Shown: positions 39,517-49,134 of the stretch, piece by piece | How positions within the stretch are numbered: the first letter of the stretch is position 1 | How the letters are laid out: the number at the start of each line of letters is the position of its first letter | DNA from: Bacillota bacterium | Lineage (GTDB): Bacteria; Bacillota; DTU025 | Length of the DNA: 64,000 nucleotides | NCBI GenBank assembly: GCA_050951805.1 | Contig: JBMNJT010000002.1 | Coordinates: forward strand, 64,001-128,000 | Direction of reading: 5' to 3' | Translations under genes and position numbers: made by a program | Notes under the pieces: generated by a model | Seen by the model: only the letters and a program-made list of their open reading frames with translations | Told to the model about the DNA's origin: nothing | The model's database searches: none

Positions 39517-40691
39517 TAGCCTCAGTTGCCGGGAGAGGAGGCGCCAATGAACGGGATATGGGTTCGGTGGCCGAGTTCGCCAGGCCTGAACTTCAAGGGC
39601 TTCGAGCTTGCGTGCCTGATTGGCATGGCGTCAGAGTCAAACTTGACAGCAACGAAAGCCCCTTCGATCTCCCTGCATGCATAAAGGAAAATGCCCTGAG
39701 GAAGTTGCGGGAGATCCCGTTCAATAGGTACCCTCAAGGGCTGGCGGCGAAGCTCAGGGAGACGATTGCATTCCGCGACGGGGTCAGCGAGACACAGGTG
39801 ACCCTCGGCAACGGGCTGGACGAGGTAATCTACATTATCCTGCAGGCTTTTGGACCAGGCAGGAAAGTAATAATCCAGAAGCCCTCTTTTACTACGTATA
39901 CCTATGCGGCTCTTTCCGCTAGCGCTGATATCCGGGCAGTTCCCCTCGACGAGGGACTGCGCTTGAGCACAGCGGGGCTTATCGAAGAGGCGAATGCTGC
40001 CGAGTCGCCTTGTATCTTGATCATATGCAACCCTCACAACCCTACCGGAGGGCGGTTTATGGAGGAAGACATCGTGGATGTGCTCGAAGCTACGAATTCC
40101 ATGGTCATAGTCGACGAGGCATACGTGGAGTTTTCGGGCGGAAGCGTTCTCCCGTTGGTTGCTGAGTATGATCGACTGATCGTGCTGCGGACGTTGTCAA
40201 AGGCTTTCGGGTTGGCCGGGGTGCGTGTCGGGTACTCCGTGTCGAGCTCTGAGATCGCTGCCGAGTTGGACCGGATCAGGCAGCCGTTCAACCTCGACTC
40301 GCTTGCCTTGGTTGTTGCTCAGACCGCTCTGGAAAACGACAACTATTGCCGGGAAGCGGTCGTCCGCATTGTCGAAGAGCGCGAGCGGCTTTTGGGCCGC
40401 CTTGGAGAAATTCACGGAGTGACCTGTTTCCCGTCTTGTACGAATTTCATTCTGTTTAGGACAACGATGCCAGATGCAACGATGGTCAGAGATGCTCTTC
40501 GTCGGTATGGCGTATCTGTTCGCGTGTTTCCCGATGAGCCCATGCTTCGCGGGTGCCTGAGGGTGAGCTGTGGGACAAAGGAAGAGGACGACGCATTCCT
40601 GGAGGCTTTGGAGAAGGTGTTGGCAGAAGCAAACCAAACGTCCGCCGGTCTTCGTGACGACGACGGAAAAAGGATTGAGGGTGGTGAGTAG
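39513..40691 (+). CDS. hisC: histidinol-phosphate aminotransferase
   Basis: KLDSNESP, NRYP, CNPHNPTG, VDEAYVEF, RTLSKAFGLAGVRVG. Confidence 0.95.
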   Translation: MIASVAGRGGANERDMGSVAEFARPELQGLRACVPDWHGVRVKLDSNESPFDLPACIKENALRKLREIPFNRYPQGLAAKLRETIAFRDGVSETQVTLGNGLDEVIYIILQAFGPGRKVIIQKPSFTTYTYAALSASADIRAVPLDEGLRLSTAGLIEEANAAESPCILIICNPHNPTGGRFMEEDIVDVLEATNSMVIVDEAYVEFSGGSVLPLVAEYDRLIVLRTLSKAFGLAGVRVGYSVSSSEIAAELDRIRQPFNLDSLALVVAQTALENDNYCREAVVRIVEERERLLGRLGEIHGVTCFPSCTNFILFRTTMPDATMVRDALRRYGVSVRVFPDEPMLRGCLRVSCGTKEEDDAFLEALEKVLAEANQTSAGLRDDDGKRIEGGE

Positions 40692-40692
40692 G

Positions 40693-41307
40693 ATGCCCAA
40701 ACCGAGACTGGCCGAAGTGCACCGCAAGACATCGGAGACATCAGTCGAGCTGAGGTTGATCCTCGACGCTGCCAGAGACCATGGCTGCTCTGGCAGTCAT
40801 CAGGCGAACATCTCAACTTGCTGCGGATTCTTTGATCACATGCTCAGGCTGCTGGCATTTCATGCCCAGTTTAGCTTGGATCTTCATGCCACGGGAGACA
40901 TCGAAGTCGACTATCACCATCTTGTGGAAGATGTGGGCATCTGTATCGGCGAGGCATTCTGCGAAGCGCTAGGCGACAAGCAAGGCATTGCGCGCTTTGG
41001 CAGCGCCCTTGTGCCAATGGATGACGCTTTGAGCATGGCCGTCGTGGATCTGTCGGGGCGTCCATTCCTTCATTTCAATGTGTCCATGCCATGCGCGAAG
41101 GTTGGCGATTTCGATACAGAGCTGGTGGAAGAGTTCATGCGGGCTTTGGCAAGTAACGGGAAGTTCACATTGCATGTAGACCTGCTCCACGGGTGGAACA
41201 CGCACCATATCATAGAATCTGTCTTCAAGGCGGTGGCTCTTGCATTGAGGCAGGCCGCGGCAGCAGGAGACACGTCTTCGATTCCGTCCACGAAAGGGGT
41301 GTTGTAG
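40693..41307 (+). CDS. hisB: imidazoleglycerol-phosphate dehydratase
   Basis: RKTSET, FFDHML, DYHHLVED, PMDDAL, NTHHIIESVFKA, PSTKGVL. Confidence 0.95.
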   Translation: MPKPRLAEVHRKTSETSVELRLILDAARDHGCSGSHQANISTCCGFFDHMLRLLAFHAQFSLDLHATGDIEVDYHHLVEDVGICIGEAFCEALGDKQGIARFGSALVPMDDALSMAVVDLSGRPFLHFNVSMPCAKVGDFDTELVEEFMRALASNGKFTLHVDLLHGWNTHHIIESVFKAVALALRQAAAAGDTSSIPSTKGVL

Positions 41308-41308
41308 G

Positions 41309-42880
41309 ATGCTAGTGCTTCCGGCTATAGATATCCACAACGGAAAGTGTGTTCGCCTGTTTCAGGGAGACTTTGCGAAAGTCACCGAGTATTCCGATGA
41401 CCCGTGCCAAACTGCCCGGCGATGGGCGAACATGGGCGCTCAGATGCTGCACGTGGTCGATTTAGACGGAGCCCGGCAAGGTATGCCGGTAAACTTGGAG
41501 GTTGTGCGCGGCATCATAGCCCACACTGGTCTTCCTGTACAAGTGGGCGGAGGTTTCAGAACTCCGAAGGACGTCGAATCGGCCCTTGAGGCTAAAGCGG
41601 CGCGAGTCATCCTAGGGACTGCGGCCTGTAGCGACCCGGCAATGCTCCGCGACCTTGTTAGGAGATTTGGCGAGGATAGGATCGTGGTGAGTATAGATTC
41701 CAACTGCGGTGCAGTTATGACAGATGGATGGGTGCGAGCCTCCGGCATCGCTCCTTCAGAACTTGTCGAGCGCGCCCTGGACTCTGGGATCCAGACAGTC
41801 ATTTGTACTGATGTGTCTCGAGACGGCACTTTGGCCGGGGTTAATGTTGATTCCATCGCTCAGCTGTTGTCGGCAGGCGCAAACGTTATAGTTGCAGGCG
41901 GAGTCAGTTCGATCCAGGATCTTCGTCAGCTGAAAGGCCTGGAAAGCCAGGGAGTGAGCGGAGTCATCATCGGCCGCGCTCTGTACACTGGCGCGATCAG
42001 ATTCCGAGATGCGTTGAGAGCGGCAGGAAGCAGGAGAATCATTCCTTGCCTTGACACGAAGGACGGCCGCGTGGTGAAGGGGGTTAACTTCGAGAATCTG
42101 AGGGATGCAGGCGACCCCGTTGGATTGGCTGAGATCTATGAGAGCCAGGGAGCTGACGAGCTGATGTTGCTCGATCTGTCTGCTACTGCTGAGGGACGCA
42201 GGACTGCCCTGGATCTTGTGGGCCGGGTCGCGTCTGCCGTCTCGATTCCCCTTTCAGCGGGCGGGGGCATCACAAGCCTCGATGATGTCGGGCGAGTTCT
42301 CGATGCCGGCGCGTCAAAGGTGTGCATCAACTCTGCAGCGGTGCGAAACCCTCAGTTGCTCCAGCATGCGGCGAAGGCTTTCGGGGTTGACCGGATCGTC
42401 TCCGCCATAGATGCATCCGCCATTGCGGAGCCATTTTTGGATGCAGGCAACAGACATGGCGATCGTGATGTCAACGACATCGTAAGCATCGAGGTTGACA
42501 GCAAGAACGATGGTAATGGTGACGGCTGTGGCAGGTGGGTTGTGTGCACATTCGGGGGCAAGCAACGCACGGATCTCGATTTGATTGAATGGGCTCGCAC
42601 CGTTGAGCGGCTGGGGGCAGGCGAAATCCTCCTCACGTCTGTGGATAGAGACGGGTCGACGGACGGCTACGACTTGCGGCAGCTGCGGGCCGTGACCCAA
42701 GCGGTGGGCATTCCTGTGATCGCGTCGGGCGGTGCAGGAACACCTGAGCATTTCCGCGATGCGTTCGTGGAAGGCGGAGCTGATGCTGCCCTTGCAGCCT
42801 CGGTCTTCCACTTCGGAACGCTGAGCGTGGGAGATGTAAAAAGACACCTCAAGCGGGAAGGAGTTGACGTCAGGTTATGA
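41309..42880 (+). CDS. hisA/hisF: HisA-HisF fusion (ProFAR isomerase plus ImGP synthase cyclase)
   Basis: Residues ~1-240 HisA (LPAIDIHNGKCVRLFQG, HVVDLDGA, QVGGGFR, GVIIGRALY); then HisF (RRIIPCLD, DAGDP, ADELMLLD, GEILLTSVDRDG, AALAASVFHF); no stop between them. Confidence 0.92.
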   Translation: MLVLPAIDIHNGKCVRLFQGDFAKVTEYSDDPCQTARRWANMGAQMLHVVDLDGARQGMPVNLEVVRGIIAHTGLPVQVGGGFRTPKDVESALEAKAARVILGTAACSDPAMLRDLVRRFGEDRIVVSIDSNCGAVMTDGWVRASGIAPSELVERALDSGIQTVICTDVSRDGTLAGVNVDSIAQLLSAGANVIVAGGVSSIQDLRQLKGLESQGVSGVIIGRALYTGAIRFRDALRAAGSRRIIPCLDTKDGRVVKGVNFENLRDAGDPVGLAEIYESQGADELMLLDLSATAEGRRTALDLVGRVASAVSIPLSAGGGITSLDDVGRVLDAGASKVCINSAAVRNPQLLQHAAKAFGVDRIVSAIDASAIAEPFLDAGNRHGDRDVNDIVSIEVDSKNDGNGDGCGRWVVCTFGGKQRTDLDLIEWARTVERLGAGEILLTSVDRDGSTDGYDLRQLRAVTQAVGIPVIASGGAGTPEHFRDAFVEGGADAALAASVFHFGTLSVGDVKRHLKREGVDVRL

Positions 42881-43590
42881 TTGAACGATTGGAATCGGAT
42901 GATGGCGAAAGCCTGGAAGGATGGATAGACACGCTCAAATTCGGTGCAGATGGACTGATTCCCGCTGTCATTCAGGAGAGTGTGACTGGCCAGGTGCTGA
43001 TGGTCGGATACATGAATCGCCAGTCCATCGAAATGACGCTCCGTGAAGGCCGGACATGTTTTTGGAGCAGGAGCCGCCAGAGGCTGTGGACCAAGGGAGA
43101 GACTTCCGGACATTTCCAGAAAGTGCGGGCGGTCTTCTGCGACTGCGACCGCGACTGCTTGCTCATAGAGGTTGACCAGACGGGCGAGGCTTGTCACTTG
43201 GGCCGAAAGTCCTGTTTCTTTACGCAGTTATGGGGCAGTGCAGATGCTGCTGGGACCGGGTTCAGTCTGGATAAGCTCTACGAAACAGTGGAGGATAGAA
43301 AGGCAAGCCAACCGGAAGGTTCGTACACGGCCAAGTTGATCCGATCCGGGCAAGACCGAGTGCTGAAAAAAGTGGCTGAGGAGGCCGGCGAAGTGATGCT
43401 GGCTTCCAAGAACGACGACAGAGAGGAGATCATCAGGGAGATGGCGGACTTGTGGTTCCATTCCATCGTCGTTTTGGCATACCACGATATTCCTCCGCAG
43501 GCGATCCTGGACGAGTTGGCCGATCGTCACAGTAATGCGCGGAAAGCGGAAAGCTTGTGCACAGAAAGAAAAGAGGGCCCTGGATACTGA
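42877..43590 (+). CDS. hisIE: bifunctional PR-AMP cyclohydrolase / PR-ATP pyrophosphatase
   Basis: WSRSRQRLWTKGETSGH, DCDRD, ACHLGRKSCF; GSYT, KKVAEEAGE, EMADLWFH. Confidence 0.95.
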   Translation: MIERLESDDGESLEGWIDTLKFGADGLIPAVIQESVTGQVLMVGYMNRQSIEMTLREGRTCFWSRSRQRLWTKGETSGHFQKVRAVFCDCDRDCLLIEVDQTGEACHLGRKSCFFTQLWGSADAAGTGFSLDKLYETVEDRKASQPEGSYTAKLIRSGQDRVLKKVAEEAGEVMLASKNDDREEIIREMADLWFHSIVVLAYHDIPPQAILDELADRHSNARKAESLCTERKEGPGY

Positions 43591-43630
43591 GGCAAGAGCG
43601 TCCGCGGGCCCTGCACATGGACGGGAAAGC

Positions 43631-45145
43631 TTAGATGTTGTCGGAGCCTACGGACTGCAATAGCCTGGACTTTGCCATGAAGCATGCAGCCAGTTGATAG
43701 GCGAGATCGGACTCGGCTTTGCGCACTGCGTCTATAGCTTCTGAGACTTCTGCATACGCGACTGCGCCAATACGGCATTGCTCCTCTCTTATGTCCAATG
43801 TTGCCGTGGCGATGGCGACAGCCAAACGCGCCAGCTCGACCGATGACTCTGCTTCGCGAAGATTGTAGAATGCTTCAACTACTTCAAGGAGTATGGAATC
43901 CCTTGTTTCGACGGCATTTGCTTTAGCCTGTTCCACTCGGCCTTTTGCGGACTCGATGGCGATCTCTGCAGCGTAATCCCTAGTAAGCAGTGCGGAGACC
44001 TCTAGGCCCACGCGCCAGTGTCCCCCGGATGACGCTTGCCCTTGGAAAAAGACATCCGGGCGTTTGGCCGCAATCGCTTGAGCGAGGGCAGCCTCGGCAT
44101 CTGCGACATCTTGCTCTGCCATGGGAATTTCGGGCCTCGTTTCGAGCGCCGCCCGCGTACAGGTGTCGAGATCCAGGTCTTCAGGCCATCTCACATACTC
44201 TCCGGCCGGCGCGAGGTGCACTAAAGTTTCCAGGTCTCTGCCTATAGCACGGTTAAAGCTGATGGAAGCAATAGCCAGATTGTGCCGGGCAGATTGAGCT
44301 GCCGCTTCGGCTCTGTCGGCGCCGGCCTTTGCTTCTAGTGCATCAAGTTCGCTTGCGTTCCCCGCAGAACATCGCCCCTCCACGAAAGCCGCATGAGTGC
44401 GGGCACGCGAGAGACCGCGGTCAGCGGCGGCGACTCGGTCTTCCGCTGCAAGGAGATTGAAGTATGCGGCCTGCGCTGAAGCACGCGCTTGGCGTATCGA
44501 CTGGTCGAGCTGGAACTGAGCACTCCGCAATTGAGACTGGGCAGAGCTTGTTGAGCTTGGGGCCTCGCCCGGGGAGCTAGCGCCGAGTATGGGCAGGGAC
44601 AGGCTTGCACTGCCGTTCCAGGCGCTTTTGCCCGATAAGGCCGGGTCTGAAAATGCAAAGGATGCGGTGGCCGACAATGAAAGGCTCCCGCCACCCAGCG
44701 GAATCCGCACGTCTCCGCCAGCTTGCGAAAGCGCATACATGGACGTCTCGCCTTTTCCCATCGGTTTGCTGTCTTCTTCGACGACACTCTGGACACTTAG
44801 CGGCCCAATCCCTATTTGCAGAGGTGCGGCATGGACCGTTATAGAAGGCCGCTTTTGAGCTTCGGCAGCCTGGAGCTGAAGCATTGCGAGCTCCACAGCG
44901 CGCTTGGCCGAAGCGACCGATGGCGAGGAGGATTCGGCCAGGCGCATTACATCTTCCATGGTCAGAGCCAGACTCTCGTCGGCGTGTGATGCGCCTAGAG
45001 AAGAATCCGCAGCAAAGGTGCATGGTGCAAGGGCGAGGAGTAACATCACAACGCAGATACAGATGTCTGCAGCTCTACGGCTGAACGGAACCGTGACAAA
45101 AGCCGTCTGCCGCTGCTGGCTTTTGTGTTGAGCAGTCTGGCTCAT
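43631..45145 (-). CDS. TolC family outer-membrane efflux protein
   Basis: Signal peptide; LTMEDVMRLA, AYFNLLAA, ALETRPEI, AFYNL repeats typical of OEP domains. Confidence 0.8.
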   Translation of the reverse strand: MSQTAQHKSQQRQTAFVTVPFSRRAADICICVVMLLLALAPCTFAADSSLGASHADESLALTMEDVMRLAESSSPSVASAKRAVELAMLQLQAAEAQKRPSITVHAAPLQIGIGPLSVQSVVEEDSKPMGKGETSMYALSQAGGDVRIPLGGGSLSLSATASFAFSDPALSGKSAWNGSASLSLPILGASSPGEAPSSTSSAQSQLRSAQFQLDQSIRQARASAQAAYFNLLAAEDRVAAADRGLSRARTHAAFVEGRCSAGNASELDALEAKAGADRAEAAAQSARHNLAIASISFNRAIGRDLETLVHLAPAGEYVRWPEDLDLDTCTRAALETRPEIPMAEQDVADAEAALAQAIAAKRPDVFFQGQASSGGHWRVGLEVSALLTRDYAAEIAIESAKGRVEQAKANAVETRDSILLEVVEAFYNLREAESSVELARLAVAIATATLDIREEQCRIGAVAYAEVSEAIDAVRKAESDLAYQLAACFMAKSRLLQSVGSDNI

Positions 45146-46290
45146 CGGGGATCACCAGGCTCAGCCTCTTCGGCCGGATAGTTTGCCCAGGCATCAAAGT
45201 GCAGTCGGGCGATGTTGTAGCTCATTATCGATTGAAGCTCGGAGAGCCTGGCCTCGGTGAGGCTCAACTGCGCTCCCAAGAGTGAATTGGCGATTTCCAT
45301 GCCGTGCTCGTAACGGAGCTTCATTATTCTGTAGTTTTCCTCTGCCTGTTTGGTCGCGGCTGAGGCGATTGAAATCGCCCTGTGGGATTCCTCAAGCGAC
45401 AGATACATCTGCCGGGCTTCAACTCGCACTCCGCGCTCAGCCTGGCCTGCGGCGAGCCTGGCCTGTGCCAGAGCATTATTGAGCTGCCGCTTGGTCAGTT
45501 CGGGAGTGTATTCGTTATCTGCGAACTTCGCTTCGAGCTCGCAGATCTCCAGGGTTTCTCGGGCCTTGACGATCTCCGGGCGATTCTTCAAAGCAAGGGC
45601 GAGTGCGGCTTCGTAGTCAACATCTCCGGCAATTGGCTGGGCTGAATCGATCGCAATGACAGGTGTGTCAAGGTCCATGCCTAAGGTGCGCTTTAGGGCC
45701 AGTTGTGCCAGTTCAAGATGGTTTTTGGCAGACAACGTCGAGGTTACTGCCTGCTCCAGAGCGATTTCAGCTGACATGACATCCATCTTGCTTGCCAGGC
45801 CGGCTTCGAATCTAAGACGAACGATTCGCAGGCTTTCCCTGGCCTGTTCTTCGGAGGCATGTATTATGTTGGCACGCTCTTGCGCTGTCACAAGATTGTA
45901 GTAGGCCTCGTCTACATCGAGCATGAGGGATTGTTCTTTTGCGACAAGGGCACGTCTAGCGTCCCGTCTGGCGCCGGCTGCGCGTTTGGAGGCGATCACG
46001 GATGGCCTTATGAGGGCATCTGCCTCTGCCATCTGGAACTGGATTTCGGATGCTTCGAACTCGAGCACTGCCATGGCATAATCATAGCTGTGGTCAATCG
46101 CGTAGCTGCGCGCTTCATCCAGGGTCAATTCCAAGGGCTCAGGCTGAGCTACTGCGCATAGCCCGCCGGATCCGGAGAGGGCGAGAAGCGCCAGAATGGC
46201 CATGGTTATGGCTAGAGGTGACTGTCGGAAATGCCGGGCGTGAGCGGGATTTTTCAACCTCAAACTTTTGGAAAGCGGTTTGATTGTCAT
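45142..46290 (-). CDS. TolC family protein (short form)
   Basis: LTLDEARSYA, AYYNLV, RFEAGLASKMDV, ALKNRPEI, AEENYRIMKLRYEHG. Confidence 0.82.
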   Translation of the reverse strand: MTIKPLSKSLRLKNPAHARHFRQSPLAITMAILALLALSGSGGLCAVAQPEPLELTLDEARSYAIDHSYDYAMAVLEFEASEIQFQMAEADALIRPSVIASKRAAGARRDARRALVAKEQSLMLDVDEAYYNLVTAQERANIIHASEEQARESLRIVRLRFEAGLASKMDVMSAEIALEQAVTSTLSAKNHLELAQLALKRTLGMDLDTPVIAIDSAQPIAGDVDYEAALALALKNRPEIVKARETLEICELEAKFADNEYTPELTKRQLNNALAQARLAAGQAERGVRVEARQMYLSLEESHRAISIASAATKQAEENYRIMKLRYEHGMEIANSLLGAQLSLTEARLSELQSIMSYNIARLHFDAWANYPAEEAEPGDPR

Positions 46291-46642
46291 TATTCCAAAG
46301 TCCTCCTAACGGGAATCACTTGGGTCTGATAATAGGTAGTTCGCCGTACGGCCGGTTCCTCCTTCGGAGGCACATGAAGGGTGTATGTACGAGAGGAAGG
46401 TAGGCTTTGGGCTGTTTTATCCGTTCAAATTGATGATGGATGCAGGCGGCACAGACGTGATTCATCTGCAGGATGTGAGCATACGGGAAATGGAACTGAC
46501 TGAGAAACCTTGCAAAGGAAATTGACTACGGTGGAGCGCCAGCTTACCCCATAGGGTGATCGCTGGCTGTCCGCCGGGAGCCGCCATAAGCCAACGCATG
46601 AGCACGCAGCAACTATATGATAGCCTGTGGCTGTTGCCTCGC

Positions 46643-47821
46643 TCACTCTGATGCAAGTTCCGCCAATGCCGTGGCTGCCCTGTCGACGTCAGCGATGGTA
46701 TTGAACCATCCGAAACTGAACCGGACCGTGCCTTCAGGGAAGGTGCCCACAGTCTTGTGCGCTAGGGGAGCGCAGTGAAGTCCCGACCTTACCATCACTC
46801 CAAATTCCGCATCGAGCTCGTAGGCGAGTCTTCCCGGGTCGATGCACCCGTCTTCAAAGCTGATTGACACGGTGGCAACTGCGTCATCGGCAGACGCCTC
46901 ACCCGAGCCCCACGGTCCGAGAACGCGGACTTTCGGCCCAATGTCGACCGCCTGTTGAACGAATCGACTGGCCAATTCGGCTTCGTGACGCCTTATGCGG
47001 TCAGGACCGGTTTTTTGAACGAATTGCATGCCCGCGGCCAGCCCGGCTATTCCGACGGTATTCGGAGTTCCCGGTTCGAACTTATCCGGTAGAAATCCGG
47101 GTTGTCTCTCTTCATCAGACTTGCTTCCGGTGCCTCCCTGAGCGAGTGGGAGCATTTCCGCGGCTGCCCTGTCGCTCACGATCATTCCACCTGTTCCTGG
47201 CGGGCCGTATAGTGCCTTGTGGCCTGTGAAAGCCAAGATGTCGGCACCGAGGGCCCCGAAATCGAGGTCGATAACGCCGGCGGTTTGCGCTGCATCCACA
47301 ACGAAGAAAGCTCCTGCTTCGGCCGCGATTCGACCTACATCGGCAACTGGCAAGATTGTCCCGACGACGTTGGAAGCTCCAGTCATCACTATCATCTTTG
47401 TGTTCGGTCTGATCGCTTTCCTGATATCATCTGGGTCAAGTCTGCCTAGGGAATCGCACCCGACTATCGATACTTCGACGCGGTTTTGATCCTTTGCATG
47501 GCAAAGAGGCCTGATTACCGAGTTATGCTCCATGCTGGTCGTTACCACGTGGTCTTCAGGGCGGAGCAAGCCGTGGATGGCGCAGTTTAGGGCGTATGTT
47601 ACGTTGGGGGTGAAGACGACGTGCTCCTCTGAAGGGGCGCGAAAGAGCCTTGCCGCCGCAATGCGCGCATTCAGAGTCAGACGCCCTGCATCAAGGCTGA
47701 GGGAGTAGCCTCCCCGCCCGGGGCTTGCTCCGATGTTGAGCATGTACTGTTGCATCGCTTCCCATACCTGAGGCGGCTTGGGGAACGAAGTTGCAGCGTT
47801 GTCCAGATAAATCTTTGCCAT
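46643..47821 (-). CDS. cysteine desulfurase / selenocysteine lyase-like class V aminotransferase
   Basis: IYLDNAATSFPKP, SPGRGGY, VDAAQTAG, AFTGHKALYGPPG, RSGLHCAPLAH. Confidence 0.92.
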   Translation of the reverse strand: MAKIYLDNAATSFPKPPQVWEAMQQYMLNIGASPGRGGYSLSLDAGRLTLNARIAAARLFRAPSEEHVVFTPNVTYALNCAIHGLLRPEDHVVTTSMEHNSVIRPLCHAKDQNRVEVSIVGCDSLGRLDPDDIRKAIRPNTKMIVMTGASNVVGTILPVADVGRIAAEAGAFFVVDAAQTAGVIDLDFGALGADILAFTGHKALYGPPGTGGMIVSDRAAAEMLPLAQGGTGSKSDEERQPGFLPDKFEPGTPNTVGIAGLAAGMQFVQKTGPDRIRRHEAELASRFVQQAVDIGPKVRVLGPWGSGEASADDAVATVSISFEDGCIDPGRLAYELDAEFGVMVRSGLHCAPLAHKTVGTFPEGTVRFSFGWFNTIADVDRAATALAELASE

Positions 47822-47856
47822 GGTTGAAGACTTGATGGAGCGACAATCGTCTATAT

Positions 47857-48837
47857 TCAACTGTAGTCCCTTTCTTTCTGCATCATGTGTCGTTTTCGCG
47901 TCATTTCCAATTCGTCCGCAGTCGATTCTCTTGGATGCAAGAGCCTCTCCAAGACGAAATCTCGGAAGGCCAGAGCAGTAGGTGATAGGACTTTTCGCTT
48001 GTGGTTGATCATGTAAAGTTGCCGATGGAGGTCGATGCCCTTTATGCGCACGGCTTTCAGCTTTCTTTCCGCTATCTCCGCAGCCGCGGCCCGCGCTGAC
48101 ACGATGCCAAGCCCCAATCCCGCGTCTGCTGCAACTGCCGCCTTGATTGCCTCTGCGCTTTCAAGGCGGGCTCTGATATTGAGTCCGCGGGGGTCTATGC
48201 CGTGCTCCTGCAGTGCCTTATCGAATGTGACCTGGGTGCCAGACCCCGGCTCGCGGCAGACGATGGGTTCGGCAAGCAACGATTCTATGTCAATTATATC
48301 TCCCCAAGCCGCGTATTTGCTTTTTGGAGGAGCGATCAATATCACTTCGTCTTCTATGATGGGAAATGATTCTATGCTAGCCTCGTTGCCAATTGATCCG
48401 ACGATGCCTAGATCTGCATCGTAATTGAGAATTCTGTCCCACACCTCTTGCGAATCCGCATGGCGCAACTGGATGAAGACTTTCGGGTACTCGGCCAAGA
48501 ATTCGGCCACGAACTCTGGGATCACATACCCTGCTGGAACACTGCTGGCCAGCAATGTTAGGGTTCCCGAGAAGTCCGACTTGTAATGGTCGATGGCTTC
48601 CGCTGCTCGATCGCGCATGGCGAGGATATCGGCGGCGTAAGGCTTCAGCACCTGACCTGCAGGAGTAAGTGTCACTCCATGGCTTTTCCTTTCGAAAAGT
48701 GTGACCCCTAGTTCGCGCTCGAGTGCTGCAATCTGCACGCTGATGGTCGGCTGCGACATGAAAAGGGATACTGCGGCCTCGGTAAAGGAACCGTGGTTGG
48801 CGACGGCAAGAAAGATAGAGAGTTGCTTTATGTCCAT
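47857..48837 (-). CDS. LysR family regulator, selenium-metabolism-associated type
   Basis: SFTEAAVSLFMSQPTIS HTH; ASSVPAGY; REPGSGT; divergent from yedE. Confidence 0.88.
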   Translation of the reverse strand: MDIKQLSIFLAVANHGSFTEAAVSLFMSQPTISVQIAALERELGVTLFERKSHGVTLTPAGQVLKPYAADILAMRDRAAEAIDHYKSDFSGTLTLLASSVPAGYVIPEFVAEFLAEYPKVFIQLRHADSQEVWDRILNYDADLGIVGSIGNEASIESFPIIEDEVILIAPPKSKYAAWGDIIDIESLLAEPIVCREPGSGTQVTFDKALQEHGIDPRGLNIRARLESAEAIKAAVAADAGLGLGIVSARAAAAEIAERKLKAVRIKGIDLHRQLYMINHKRKVLSPTALAFRDFVLERLLHPRESTADELEMTRKRHMMQKERDYS

Positions 48838-49134
48838 GATGTCAATTCACTCTCCGGCTTCAAGGTAAGCATGGCCAACGGCAATCGTTGACGGCAGGGA
48901 AAAACACGCGTCCCATCGCGGGCCGCTTGCCCCCTTATGCAAGTATCTCGCGGCGCACCGCCATTGTCAACATGATATTAGATAGCGTAATTCAATTGAT
49001 ACGAATTATTAATAGTCTGTATTGTGAACGCCTGGAGATGGTCATATACTTCAATTGGCTCCACATTGTGCGAGACTACATTTTCTCCATTTTATAGTTG
49101 GAGTCCATGTTCTAAGGGAGGTCAGGTCGTCGTT

